DNA of 64,000 bases from an uncultured Eubacteriales bacterium (GTDB taxonomy: Bacteria > Bacillota > Sulfobacillia > Fermentithermobacillales > Fermentithermobacillaceae), in the NCBI GenBank assembly GCA_964406505.1, contig CAYORX010000008.1:859-64858 (forward strand), in the 5' to 3' direction. Below are positions 27,531-36,643 of this stretch, one piece after another. A model generated the notes under the pieces. It worked only from the letters and a program-made list of their open reading frames with translations. It did no database searches and had not been told where the DNA came from. The position numbers and the translations under genes were made by a program. The first letter of the stretch is position 1, and each line of letters starts with the position of its first letter.

Positions 27531-28910
27531 TCACAGTTTCTTCCTGCGATTAAATGCCGGGATACCAAGAACAGATCGATATTTGGCGACTGTCCGTCTT
27601 GCAATTTTTATCTGGTGTTGTTCCAACTTTTCAACTATTTGATTATCAGTTAATGGCTCCCGTGGATCTTCGTCATCCACAATTTGTCTGATCATTTCTT
27701 TTACATTGTAGCGAGAGATTGTCTGTCCGTCAGATTCTATGCCCAATGTAAAAAACATCTTACATGGAAACACACCAAAAGGGGTGTCAACATATTTGTC
27801 CGAAACCGCTCTAGATACCGTTGAACTGTGTATGCCTAATTCATCTGCTACGTCTTGAAGGATTAAAGGTTCAAGATGCCCAGGTCCTTCTAAAAAGAAC
27901 CGCTTTTGACGACTGACAATGCTTTTCATTACATTAGTTATAGTTGTTCGTCTTTGTTCGATACTTTTTAGCAAAAAGCGAGCTTTTTTAAGCTGCTGCA
28001 ACAAGTAATTTTTAGCCTCTGTCTGTCCTACCGAAAGCAATCTTCGGTAATATGGATTCCACCTTATCACCGGAAGAATATTTTCATTTAAATATATCAC
28101 TAATTCTTCTCCTATTTTCTTTACGATGATATCAGCCTTCACAAAAGCAGTATGGCCTCCTGAGAACACAGAACCCGGCTTAGGATCTAGACTTGTGATA
28201 GCATCTCTCATACGCAACACCTGTTCAACAGCAACATGACAGTCTTTGGCTATTTTCGCATATCTGGCATGCCCGAGGTCGTCTAGATGATTTCTTATTA
28301 TGCATAACGCAAGATCATCAAAAGATTGGGCTTTTGCTTGTAGTTCAAGACATTCTCTAAGGTCTCTGGCCGCAACGCCCGGGGGCTCAAAAGTTTGGAT
28401 GATGTTAAGGACCGATTCCACTTTAGATTCCGTATTTGATGTGTCCGAAGCTATTTGGCTTATAGAAGATTTAAGATAACCGTTATTATCAATATTTCCA
28501 ATTATAAATTCGGCGATTCTAAACTCGCTGTCGCTAATCTGTAATTCACCTAATTGAAACAACAAGTGTTTTCTAATCGAATAATTTGGTTGAAAATGAG
28601 TGTAATCTGTAAAACTTGGTTCATTTTGCCTTGACCTATTCACATTTCCGGAAGCCCTACAATTGATCCCTAAATCAGAAGAATCGCTAAAATACGCTAC
28701 CCAGTCTTCTTCGTCTTCAAATACATGTTCTTGCAGTTCTTCTTCCATTACGTTTTCTAATTCAATGAGCGGGTTTTTTTCAGCTTCCTCAACGAGTAAG
28801 TTACAGAGCTCGTATGTATTCATCTGTAGAATCATTATAGCTTGATGCAATTCCGGGGTAAGAGTTAATCTTTGTTTCTGTACAAGTTCTAACTCAAATA
28901 TTTGTTTCAT
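27531..28910 (-). CDS. rpoN: RNA polymerase sigma-54 factor
   Basis: The N-terminal region I reads LTLTPELHQAIMILQM. An acidic linker, an HTH and the RpoN box ARRTVAKYR follow. Confidence 0.93.
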   Translation of the reverse strand: MKQIFELELVQKQRLTLTPELHQAIMILQMNTYELCNLLVEEAEKNPLIELENVMEEELQEHVFEDEEDWVAYFSDSSDLGINCRASGNVNRSRQNEPSFTDYTHFQPNYSIRKHLLFQLGELQISDSEFRIAEFIIGNIDNNGYLKSSISQIASDTSNTESKVESVLNIIQTFEPPGVAARDLRECLELQAKAQSFDDLALCIIRNHLDDLGHARYAKIAKDCHVAVEQVLRMRDAITSLDPKPGSVFSGGHTAFVKADIIVKKIGEELVIYLNENILPVIRWNPYYRRLLSVGQTEAKNYLLQQLKKARFLLKSIEQRRTTITNVMKSIVSRQKRFFLEGPGHLEPLILQDVADELGIHSSTVSRAVSDKYVDTPFGVFPCKMFFTLGIESDGQTISRYNVKEMIRQIVDDEDPREPLTDNQIVEKLEQHQIKIARRTVAKYRSVLGIPAFNRRKKL

Positions 28911-28934
28911 AATACCCCCCCGCTAAACAACACC

Positions 28935-29795
28935 CTAACCTAAACCTATTTTCTTCGTCACCACATCGACGCTTAATAAATAAATCCCGGTAAAATATTC
29001 GAGCTTTTGTTTTAGTTGGGTTTGTACTTGTCGCATGACAGTGAACACCTTAGAACCGAATTTCAAAACAAGCTGAACTTCGAGAATGGCCCCTTGGCTA
29101 GTGGTGAGCACAAGCACTTTCGATACGTGCTTTACACCTTTTATCTCATAACAAATCTCAGTAGCTATTTGCATCACCACATTATCAGCTATGTAAAAGT
29201 TACCAAAATAGCTGTACGTAGGTCTAACCACACTTCTTTCTAAAACGGTATCTTTTTTCTCACGAGATCTTATAAACATTTGTAACGGATCTACCATATA
29301 GCCTGAGAAAGTTTTTTTCACCTCAAATGCCGGCGCAGGAATAACATGCTTACCTTCCTGGCGCCGTCTCCACAAAGCTTCTTTGACTTCTTCTTCACTA
29401 GCTAAATCTCTTATGTTTAGCAATCGCGAAGGTTGAGAAAGCCCTAATCTAGAAACAATTCTTTGTATCATGTTTACAGACGTGCCAAGTACCAAAATTC
29501 GTTCAAAACCAAGACTTTCGATAGCTGATCTTACTTCTAAAGCGTGGCCAGGCGAAGTAAATACCGCGCGTCTTACCGCCGCGGTTTTAGTTTCTTCTCT
29601 TTTCGCTGACCTGCCCGCCACTATTCTAGAACCTGAAATTAGCAAGCCATCGTCAATGATCGCTTGACATTTATATTCTTGAGCCACCCACATTGCATGG
29701 TGCGATTTGCCTGTTCCGCTAGAACCCACTAAAGCAACAACATCCGCACTTTGCAAATTTGAGTCAGCTACCGTTTCTTTCCTTTTGAGAACCAC
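28935..29795 (-). CDS. Fusion protein: HprK-like P-loop domain + Asp23/Gls24-like domain
   Basis: The N-terminus VVALVGSSGTGKSHHAMWVAQEYKCQAIIDDGLLI shows the GxSGxGKS...DD pattern seen in the HPr kinase C-domain. The C-terminus GNFYIADNVVMQIATEICYEIKGVKHV...LEVQLVLKFGSKVFTVMRQVQTQLKQKLEYFTGIYLLSVDVVTKKI follows the Asp23-family pattern. It lies 24 nt upstream of rpoN. Confidence 0.55.
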   Translation of the reverse strand: MVLKRKETVADSNLQSADVVALVGSSGTGKSHHAMWVAQEYKCQAIIDDGLLISGSRIVAGRSAKREETKTAAVRRAVFTSPGHALEVRSAIESLGFERILVLGTSVNMIQRIVSRLGLSQPSRLLNIRDLASEEEVKEALWRRRQEGKHVIPAPAFEVKKTFSGYMVDPLQMFIRSREKKDTVLERSVVRPTYSYFGNFYIADNVVMQIATEICYEIKGVKHVSKVLVLTTSQGAILEVQLVLKFGSKVFTVMRQVQTQLKQKLEYFTGIYLLSVDVVTKKIGLG

Positions 29796-31219
29796 CTAAA
29801 ACCTGCCTTTCTCGGTGCCTCCACTCGGGGAATCACGTCTACACCCTTGGGAGGTTTAGTGTCTTCTTTTACAAAACTACCCGCTAGACTTAGTACCTTT
29901 TTTTGGTTTTCAGTAGCGGCGTGTTCACGAGCTAAATCTATTAACTCCGGCCAAATTCCTCCAGATATAAATCCGCTGCATTTAAGGGCAAAATTAGGAT
30001 TGAGTTCCATAGCTTGCACCCAGTTTTCCAACGCTTCATTGACTTTGCCTGAAGCCATAAGCACTGAACCATGTAAAAACGCTATATCTGATTTTGCTTC
30101 ACGCGTTTCCTTATCCTTAGTATCAACCTGTTCTAAATGGTTAACCAACGCTTCAGTAATATTTTCCGCCTTTTTAAGAGCCCCGGCAGTATAATAAAGC
30201 TCTCCTAGCCGCATTTGCGGATATATCGAACTCGGTTCCAATCGACTGATCTCTTGCCATTGTTTAATCGCCTGATCGTAATTTCCTGACATAGTTGCAA
30301 CAGTAGCTAAGTTTTGCCTTGGAGGAATATACTCGGGGTTAAGTACGATACATTTTTGCCAAAACTCCATAGCCTTATCCCTCTGCTCTTTTTGAAAATA
30401 ACCGAGGCCTAAATTGTATGTGGCAAAAATATCATCAGGCTTAATTTCAAGAGCCTTTTGCCATTTTTCTATAGCTACATCAATATCTCCGGCCATAGCA
30501 TGGGCTTCACCAAGGGTTGTAAGGGTAGCTGTATTTTCCGGTTCTAGCTCATGCGCCTGATTAAGTGCGTTTATAGCTGGTTCAAATTCTTGTTTGCCCA
30601 AATAACAAAGCCCCTTATTATAAAAAAGCAGTGGTACGGTTGAGCCAAGCCGTTCGGCCCGCTCCAAAACCTCTAAGGCTTCGTCAAACATTTTTAGATC
30701 TGTGTAAATGGCACCGACGTTATGCAGCCCCTGAAGATTTGAGGGCTCTATTTTCAAAACTTCAAGCCACTCACCTAGGCTTTCTTTTACCATGCCTTTA
30801 GCTAAATATAATTCACCAAGCTGAACATGGGCTAAAATGCTTCCCGGAGTAACATCTCGAGATTTTTCAGTTTGAGAGATAGCAGCATCTAAGTCACCTT
30901 CATAAGCATAGATTTTACCCAAAAAATAGTGCGACGGACCGTGAGATTTATCTAAACTGATAGCTTTTTGCCAAACCCTTTTAGCTTCCTCAAAATTTCC
31001 TGCATCCGCTAAAAGTACGCCTAAATAATAATGAGCATCAATATTACGCCGATCTAGCTGGATTACTACCTCCAGATGAGCCTTAGCGTTATCAGACTCG
31101 CCCAATTTCATATAAGATAATGCCAATTGAAGCCTTAAAGCTATATCTTTGGGCCTCCTAGAAATATCTTTTTCGAGATTTTTAATTATTGCCCGAAGAG
31201 ACTTTTCATCAATATTCAC
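29768..31219 (-). CDS. TPR-repeat protein
   Basis: The 483-aa product has about ten repeats of the type A..Y.LG..Y...G....A...... along its length, with a basic C-terminal tail. Its 3' end overlaps the next gene by 28 nt. Confidence 0.8.
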   Translation of the reverse strand: MNIDEKSLRAIIKNLEKDISRRPKDIALRLQLALSYMKLGESDNAKAHLEVVIQLDRRNIDAHYYLGVLLADAGNFEEAKRVWQKAISLDKSHGPSHYFLGKIYAYEGDLDAAISQTEKSRDVTPGSILAHVQLGELYLAKGMVKESLGEWLEVLKIEPSNLQGLHNVGAIYTDLKMFDEALEVLERAERLGSTVPLLFYNKGLCYLGKQEFEPAINALNQAHELEPENTATLTTLGEAHAMAGDIDVAIEKWQKALEIKPDDIFATYNLGLGYFQKEQRDKAMEFWQKCIVLNPEYIPPRQNLATVATMSGNYDQAIKQWQEISRLEPSSIYPQMRLGELYYTAGALKKAENITEALVNHLEQVDTKDKETREAKSDIAFLHGSVLMASGKVNEALENWVQAMELNPNFALKCSGFISGGIWPELIDLAREHAATENQKKVLSLAGSFVKEDTKPPKGVDVIPRVEAPRKAGFRWFSKGKKR

Positions 31220-31329
31220 AATTAACCCCTCACGATACTAATAAGGTATGATCAGATTTCGCTCCTAGTTAATATAATACCTTCTACGGCAAGCGTTCTA
31301 CAAAACAAACAGTTTATTACCGATTGAAC

Positions 31330-31365
31330 TTGACTTGGTGTAATCCTAGTAGAATAATAGGATTA
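31330..31365 (+). promoter_or_regulatory. Candidate promoter (TTGACT-17 nt-AATAAT) overlapped by the inverted repeat TAATCCTA-N9-TAGGATTA; probable Rrf2 autoregulatory operator
   Basis: The -35 element is at 31330..31335 and the -10 at 31353..31358. The inverted-repeat arms are at 31341..31348 and 31358..31365. The site is about 40 nt upstream of the Rrf2 gene. Confidence 0.4.
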
Positions 31366-31400
31366 GTTCAAATATAGAATCTGTGATGAGGTGATCCAAA

Positions 31401-31844
31401 CTGGCTTTTTCTGTTTCAACTAAAGGGCAATATGCAGTATTGCTTATGTGTGAATTGGCCAGAAAAGAAAAAGAGTTCACGTCGCTTGCTGCGATTTCAA
31501 GAACTCAAAATGTTTCTCAAGGTTACCTTGAGCAAATCGTGATTCCACTTCGAGAAAACCGCCTTGTTCGAGGAAAACGGGGATTTGGGGGCGGCTACAA
31601 ACTAGCTAGGCCTGCCAATACGATTACCGTAGGCGAGATTATAAGAGTTACAGAAGGTCCTGTTGCACCTGTTGACTGCCTACACGAAGACTTTTCTTAC
31701 TGTAATTGTCCTGACAATTGCAAGGCAAAACCGGTTTGGAAAAAGGTGGGCGCCGCCATTGAAGGTGTCCTTAATTCCATAACACTTGGCGATCTAATAC
31801 AACATACAACAAAAGAGGGGGATCCTCAACATGAGCAATCATGA
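31401..31844 (+). CDS. Rrf2-family transcriptional regulator (IscR/CymR-like)
   Basis: The winged-helix N-terminus reads (L)AFSVSTKGQYAVLLMCELARKE, followed by GGGYKLARP and a Cys-rich region (CLHEDFSYCNCPDNC). The conserved STKGxYA box lies upstream of the first canonical start (TTG at 31440). A CTG at 31401 sits 6 nt after GAGGTGA. Confidence 0.85.
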   Translation: MAFSVSTKGQYAVLLMCELARKEKEFTSLAAISRTQNVSQGYLEQIVIPLRENRLVRGKRGFGGGYKLARPANTITVGEIIRVTEGPVAPVDCLHEDFSYCNCPDNCKAKPVWKKVGAAIEGVLNSITLGDLIQHTTKEGDPQHEQS

Positions 31845-33021
31845 AAACATTCGCAAATACGTCTACCTTGATCATTCAGCAACAACTCCCGTATGCCCGG
31901 AAGTATTAGCTGCTATGTTACCATATTTTGCCGGAAAATTCGGTAATGCATCAAGCGTACACAGGTGGGGATATGAAGCCCAAAGCGCTGTCGCTAACGG
32001 ACGAGAAAAAGTCGCAACGCTCATTGGCGCCTCTCCCGACGAAATAATATTCACTTCTGGAGGTACTGAAGCAGACAACTTGGCTATAAAAGGCGCAGCA
32101 TATGCCCAAAAGCAACGAGGTAATCATCTGATCACCACCCAAATCGAGCATCATGCAGTACTGCATACATTTAAAGCACTTGAAAAAGAGGGTTTCAAAG
32201 TTACCTACATTCCGTGTGATAAATATGGATTAATTGATCCGGATGATATAACTAAAGCTGCCACAAATGAAACTACTCTTATCTCTATTATTCACGGTCA
32301 AAATGAAGTGGGTACAATTCAACCCATACGCGAAATAGGTGAGATAGCTAAAGACAAAAACATTTTGTTTCATTCAGATGCAGTGCAAACCGTGGGCAAA
32401 ATTCCTATAGATGTCGATAATTTAAATGTAGATCTGCTTACCATGTCTAGCCACAAAATCTATGGGCCAAAAGGGGTAGGGGGCTTATTTGTAAGAAAAG
32501 GTGTACGTCTTGTTCCGCAGTCTATTGGGGGTAGCCATGAACGCCGAATGCGCGCTGGCACCGAAAACGTGCCAGGGATAGTAGGCTTCGGCGAAGCATG
32601 TAGGTTAGCTAAAACACATCTTCCTGAAGAATCCAAGAGACTTATTTATCTCCGAGATAAATTTATACAAGGACTTTTGAAAGATATTCCCGATGTAATT
32701 CTTAACGGACATCCAATACTTAGGCTACCTCATAATGTCAACGTCAGCGTAAAATACTTAGAAGGCGAATCAATGCTACTCAACCTGGATCGCCTAGGAA
32801 TAGCTGCTTCTTCTGGTTCAGCTTGTACTTCTGGTTCTTTAGAACCATCCCATGTGCTTTTAGCTATGGGTCTTTCCCATGAAACAGCACACGGCTCGTT
32901 GAGGTTTTCCTTGGGCATGTCAAATACAGAAGAAGATATTGGTTATGTTTTAGAAGTCTTGCCACCAATAGTTGAAAGACTTCGTTCAATGTCGCCTTTA
33001 AGCTTGAATATAAGCTCATGA
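31831..33021 (+). CDS. nifS: Cysteine desulfurase (NifS/IscS class)
   Basis: The motifs are YLDHSATTP, the PLP lysine in SSHKIYGPKG and the catalytic Cys in SSGSACTSG. Confidence 0.92.
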   Translation: MSNHENIRKYVYLDHSATTPVCPEVLAAMLPYFAGKFGNASSVHRWGYEAQSAVANGREKVATLIGASPDEIIFTSGGTEADNLAIKGAAYAQKQRGNHLITTQIEHHAVLHTFKALEKEGFKVTYIPCDKYGLIDPDDITKAATNETTLISIIHGQNEVGTIQPIREIGEIAKDKNILFHSDAVQTVGKIPIDVDNLNVDLLTMSSHKIYGPKGVGGLFVRKGVRLVPQSIGGSHERRMRAGTENVPGIVGFGEACRLAKTHLPEESKRLIYLRDKFIQGLLKDIPDVILNGHPILRLPHNVNVSVKYLEGESMLLNLDRLGIAASSGSACTSGSLEPSHVLLAMGLSHETAHGSLRFSLGMSNTEEDIGYVLEVLPPIVERLRSMSPLSLNISS

Positions 33022-33041
33022 AACGAAGGTAGGGATTAACC

Positions 33042-33431
33042 ATGTATAACGACAAAGTAATGGACCACTTTTTTAACCCTAGAAATGTAGGAGAAATTGA
33101 AAATCCTGACGGCATGGGACAGGTCGGAAACCCTGTATGCGGTGATGTGATGAGAATCACTTTAAAGATCAGCGACAACAAGATCGAAGACATCAAGTTT
33201 AAAACATTTGGGTGCGGAGCGGCAATCGCTACGAGTTCAATGGTTACCGAGATGGTCAAGGGGCTTTCTTTAGATAAGGCTATGAAAATTTCAAATAAAG
33301 ATGTAGCTGACGCGCTAGGTGGATTACCAGCCTTAAAGCTGCACTGCTCTAATCTAGCTGCTGAAGCATTACAAGCTGCCATAAAGAATTATCTTGAAAA
33401 ACAAGCGGTAAGTAGCAAGCAAAACTCATGA
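33042..33431 (+). CDS. nifU: Fe-S cluster scaffold protein (NifU N-terminal/IscU type)
   Basis: The motifs are GNPVCGD, FGCGAAIA and LHCS. Confidence 0.92.
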   Translation: MYNDKVMDHFFNPRNVGEIENPDGMGQVGNPVCGDVMRITLKISDNKIEDIKFKTFGCGAAIATSSMVTEMVKGLSLDKAMKISNKDVADALGGLPALKLHCSNLAAEALQAAIKNYLEKQAVSSKQNS

Positions 33432-33444
33432 ACATCAATAAATT

Positions 33445-33486
33445 ATGCAGCTGCCTGAAAAGTTCATCGAGCAGCTGCATTTTATC
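33445..33486. terminator. Rho-independent terminator between convergent nifU and the M42 peptidase gene
   Basis: A perfect 10-bp stem ATGCAGCTGC-N16-GCAGCTGCAT is followed by TTTATCTT. Confidence 0.7.
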
Positions 33487-34488
33487 TTATCTTAAAAAGT
33501 CAAAATGACTTTCACAAACCGCTATAGAAAGTTTAACACAAGCTTCTACATCTGCGATGTCGATCATTTCGCTTGGGCTATGAACATATCTACAAGGAAT
33601 AGAAATTACCGCGGCCGGTATTCCATCTTTAGCCATTTGAATAGCTCCTGCGTCAGTGCCTCCCCGCTCTAATACCTCTCGCTGGTAGGGAATATCGTTT
33701 TCTTCAGCAAGCTTAATAAGATGATTCCGAAGTTCGGGATGACAAATTAAACTTGAGTCCTTCACCTTGATAGCAGCTCCTTTGCCAAGGGAAACATCCA
33801 TAATCGAAGATTTCGGTGTGTCACCGGTTCTTGTCACGTCAAATGCTATGCCAACATCAGGATCGACGCCGAAAGTTGCTACCCTTGCACCCCTAAGCCC
33901 TACCTCTTCCTGTGTGGTAAACACCGCAAAAATATCATGAGGAATTTCGCTTAGCTTTTTGAGCGTTTCAATTACCGCTACGCAACCGATCCTATCATCC
34001 ATCGCTTTTGATACCATACGATCTCCAAGATCAATTACAGGCTGAAAAAACGCGGCGCTGTCTCCAACCTTAATCTTTTCCGCAGCTCCTTCGTAACTAT
34101 CGACGCCAATGTCAATATACAGTTTATCTAATTTTAGTTCATTAGGTTCTTCAATCTTTTCACACCCGATTACCCCGAAAACACCGTTTTCAAAGTACAC
34201 CCGCTGTCCTAAACAAATTGTAGGGTTAACCCCTCCTATGTTGCCAAACCGCAAAAAGCCCTTTTCATCTAAATGGGTAACCATTAGCCCAATTTCGTCC
34301 ATATGGGCTGCCAAAAGAATCTTTATACCTTCTCCGTCTCCTTTTTTCAGGCATACAAGATTGCCTAAAGCATCTTCAGTAATTTCGTCAACATAAGGTT
34401 TTACTTCTTCCCTGATCGCTTCTCTTATAGGTCCTTCTGAACCGGAAGGTCCATAGATTTGAGTTAATTTTTTTATAAGATCCTTCAA
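33487..34488 (-). CDS. M42-family (FrvX/TET-type) aminopeptidase, copy 3
   Basis: The motifs are AHMDEIGLMV, MDDRIGC and TTQEEVGLRGA. Confidence 0.88.
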   Translation of the reverse strand: MKDLIKKLTQIYGPSGSEGPIREAIREEVKPYVDEITEDALGNLVCLKKGDGEGIKILLAAHMDEIGLMVTHLDEKGFLRFGNIGGVNPTICLGQRVYFENGVFGVIGCEKIEEPNELKLDKLYIDIGVDSYEGAAEKIKVGDSAAFFQPVIDLGDRMVSKAMDDRIGCVAVIETLKKLSEIPHDIFAVFTTQEEVGLRGARVATFGVDPDVGIAFDVTRTGDTPKSSIMDVSLGKGAAIKVKDSSLICHPELRNHLIKLAEENDIPYQREVLERGGTDAGAIQMAKDGIPAAVISIPCRYVHSPSEMIDIADVEACVKLSIAVCESHFDFLR

Positions 34489-35504
34489 GGCATGAAACCC
34501 CCCTCAACACTTTTGAGAAAATGAATAGTTAATTTACGCGCTGCCTCAAAATCCGATATGTACATAATTGAACAAGGGGTATGAATATATCGACATGGAA
34601 CCGATATTGATGCCACGGCGCAACCTGTCCCTGCTTGTTGTATCGCACCGGCATCATTGCTCCCGAAAGTTGACTCTCTGTATTGAAATGGAATGTCGTT
34701 GCCTTCGGCGAGTTTCACAAACTTTTCTACCATGCCACGGTTAGGTATAGAACCGCGATCCATCACGCTAATGACAGCACCCTGGCCAAGCCGAGTCACT
34801 TGATACTCTTTATCTGTACCGGGTATGTCAGCGCAAACCGTACCTTCAAGGGCTATACCTAGATCCGGCCGTATCGCGTAGGCCGCTACTTGCGCTCCAC
34901 GTAAACCCACTTCTTCTTGAACTGTAAACACGGCATAGAGTTGAAGATTCTGCCAGTCTTGCTTGATAATCTCGAACAAAAGGGCGCAACCTACACGATC
35001 GTCTAGTGCCTTAGCTTTGATTATGCCAGAACTAAGTTCTTCATACTGCGTGTCAAAAACTGCATAATCACCTAATTGTACTTTCGTCCCAGCCTGTTCC
35101 TGTGATTTAGCCCCAATATCGATCGATAGCCCATCGATAGGTATCACTTTAGTTCGCTCATCAGGTTTTTGTAGATGAATCGCTTTAGCCCCTATAACAC
35201 CAGGCACTTTCTTCGCACCTACAAGCACCCGCTTTGATACCAAGACCCTTGGATCAATACCGCCCACCGGTGCAAATCGGAGGAATCCATTTTTCTCTAT
35301 GTGAGTAATGATAAGCCCCACTTCATCCATATGGGCATCTACCAAAACTTTAGGACCTCGCGTACCCCTTTTTGCGATCACGTTACCTAACACATCGCAT
35401 TCGTAAGAAATGCCCAAAGATTCTAATTCTGCCATTATAGCTGTACGAATTTCATATTCGTTTCCAGACACTCCTGAAAGCGATGTAAGAGTTTTTATGT
35501 CCAT
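34485..35504 (-). CDS. M42-family aminopeptidase, copy 2
   Basis: The motifs are AHMDEVGLII, LDDRVGC and TVQEEVGLRGA. It overlaps both neighbouring genes. Confidence 0.88.
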   Translation of the reverse strand: MDIKTLTSLSGVSGNEYEIRTAIMAELESLGISYECDVLGNVIAKRGTRGPKVLVDAHMDEVGLIITHIEKNGFLRFAPVGGIDPRVLVSKRVLVGAKKVPGVIGAKAIHLQKPDERTKVIPIDGLSIDIGAKSQEQAGTKVQLGDYAVFDTQYEELSSGIIKAKALDDRVGCALLFEIIKQDWQNLQLYAVFTVQEEVGLRGAQVAAYAIRPDLGIALEGTVCADIPGTDKEYQVTRLGQGAVISVMDRGSIPNRGMVEKFVKLAEGNDIPFQYRESTFGSNDAGAIQQAGTGCAVASISVPCRYIHTPCSIMYISDFEAARKLTIHFLKSVEGGFMP

Positions 35505-36556
35505 ATCTTCAACCCCTTAACAAAACATGCATCAACCGATGCAATAAATCTAGCTAATAGCTTGCCAGACTTCTCTACGTCACCCAATGCAACGGTTTCG
35601 ACAGATGTATGCATATAACGAAGTGGAATAGAAACTAATCCTGTAGCCACACCTGACCCCGCAACTTGAATAGCCCATGCATCAGTGCCTGTGGCAGCTG
35701 GTGCAACTTCCTCTTGCACATCGATGCCCAGCTGTTTAGCTGCTTCCTTCAGCGCAAAATAAACCTTAGGATGAATGTTTCCGCCTTGAGCCAATGCAGG
35801 CCCTTTACCCATAGATGAAGTTCTCCATTCGGGAACCCCGGGAGTCTCGGCATGACATACGTCGATAGCGATACCAATATCAGGTTTAACTTTGTAAGAT
35901 GAAACAGCAGCCCCTCGTAAACCAACTTCTTCCTGAGTCGTAGCAATTGCAAAAACATCGGCATTTACTCTGTATCTTTTTAATTCATTAAGGCATATAA
36001 GAATAACCGCTATCCCTGCTCGGTCATCAAGCGACTTGCCCGAAAACACATCCCCCATCATCTTGCTAGGTTGTCGTTTAAAGGTAATAATATCGCCTAC
36101 ATTGATAAGATCACGCACTTCCTTTTCAGGCAGTCCAGTATCTATAAACAACTCTTCCATTTTGTAAGCCTTTTTGGCCTCTTCACGAGAAGTTAAATGA
36201 GGTGGTTTCACGCCAATAACTCCTGTCAAAGGCTTTTTGCCATACACTATTACTTCATGAGCAGGTAAAGTTCTCGGATCAACCCCACCCATTTGACTAA
36301 ACCTAAGAAATCCGCCTTCTTCAATTTTTGTGACAATAAGGCCTACTTCGTCCATATGGGCCGCTAACATTACAGACGGTCTGGGTCGGGATCCCTCACC
36401 ATGTTTAATCCCAACGATATTTCCAAGCGCATCAGTTTCAATTTCATTGACTAAAGGTGACATAGCGTCTTTAACCACGTCATAAATGTTCATAAACTCA
36501 AAACCAGATACTCCATGAGCTAAAGATGCGGTTGATAAAAATTTCAGTACATCCAA
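35495..36556 (-). CDS. M42-family aminopeptidase, copy 1
   Basis: The motifs are AHMDEVGLIV, LDDRAGI and TTQEEVGLRGA. Confidence 0.88.
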   Translation of the reverse strand: MDVLKFLSTASLAHGVSGFEFMNIYDVVKDAMSPLVNEIETDALGNIVGIKHGEGSRPRPSVMLAAHMDEVGLIVTKIEEGGFLRFSQMGGVDPRTLPAHEVIVYGKKPLTGVIGVKPPHLTSREEAKKAYKMEELFIDTGLPEKEVRDLINVGDIITFKRQPSKMMGDVFSGKSLDDRAGIAVILICLNELKRYRVNADVFAIATTQEEVGLRGAAVSSYKVKPDIGIAIDVCHAETPGVPEWRTSSMGKGPALAQGGNIHPKVYFALKEAAKQLGIDVQEEVAPAATGTDAWAIQVAGSGVATGLVSIPLRYMHTSVETVALGDVEKSGKLLARFIASVDACFVKGLKIWT

Positions 36557-36643
36557 TGAGATTAACCCCCTATAAGCTTGATTGTGCAGTATAGTTATGT
36601 ACCCCTTAGCATTCGCTTAAATTAAGGATAATCCTTCCAATGG

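Noticed and set aside
32864-33382. 172-aa minus-strand ORF spanning the nifS/nifU junction
   Set aside because: It overlaps two well-supported plus-strand genes and crosses their intergenic spacer, and it has no recognisable motifs.
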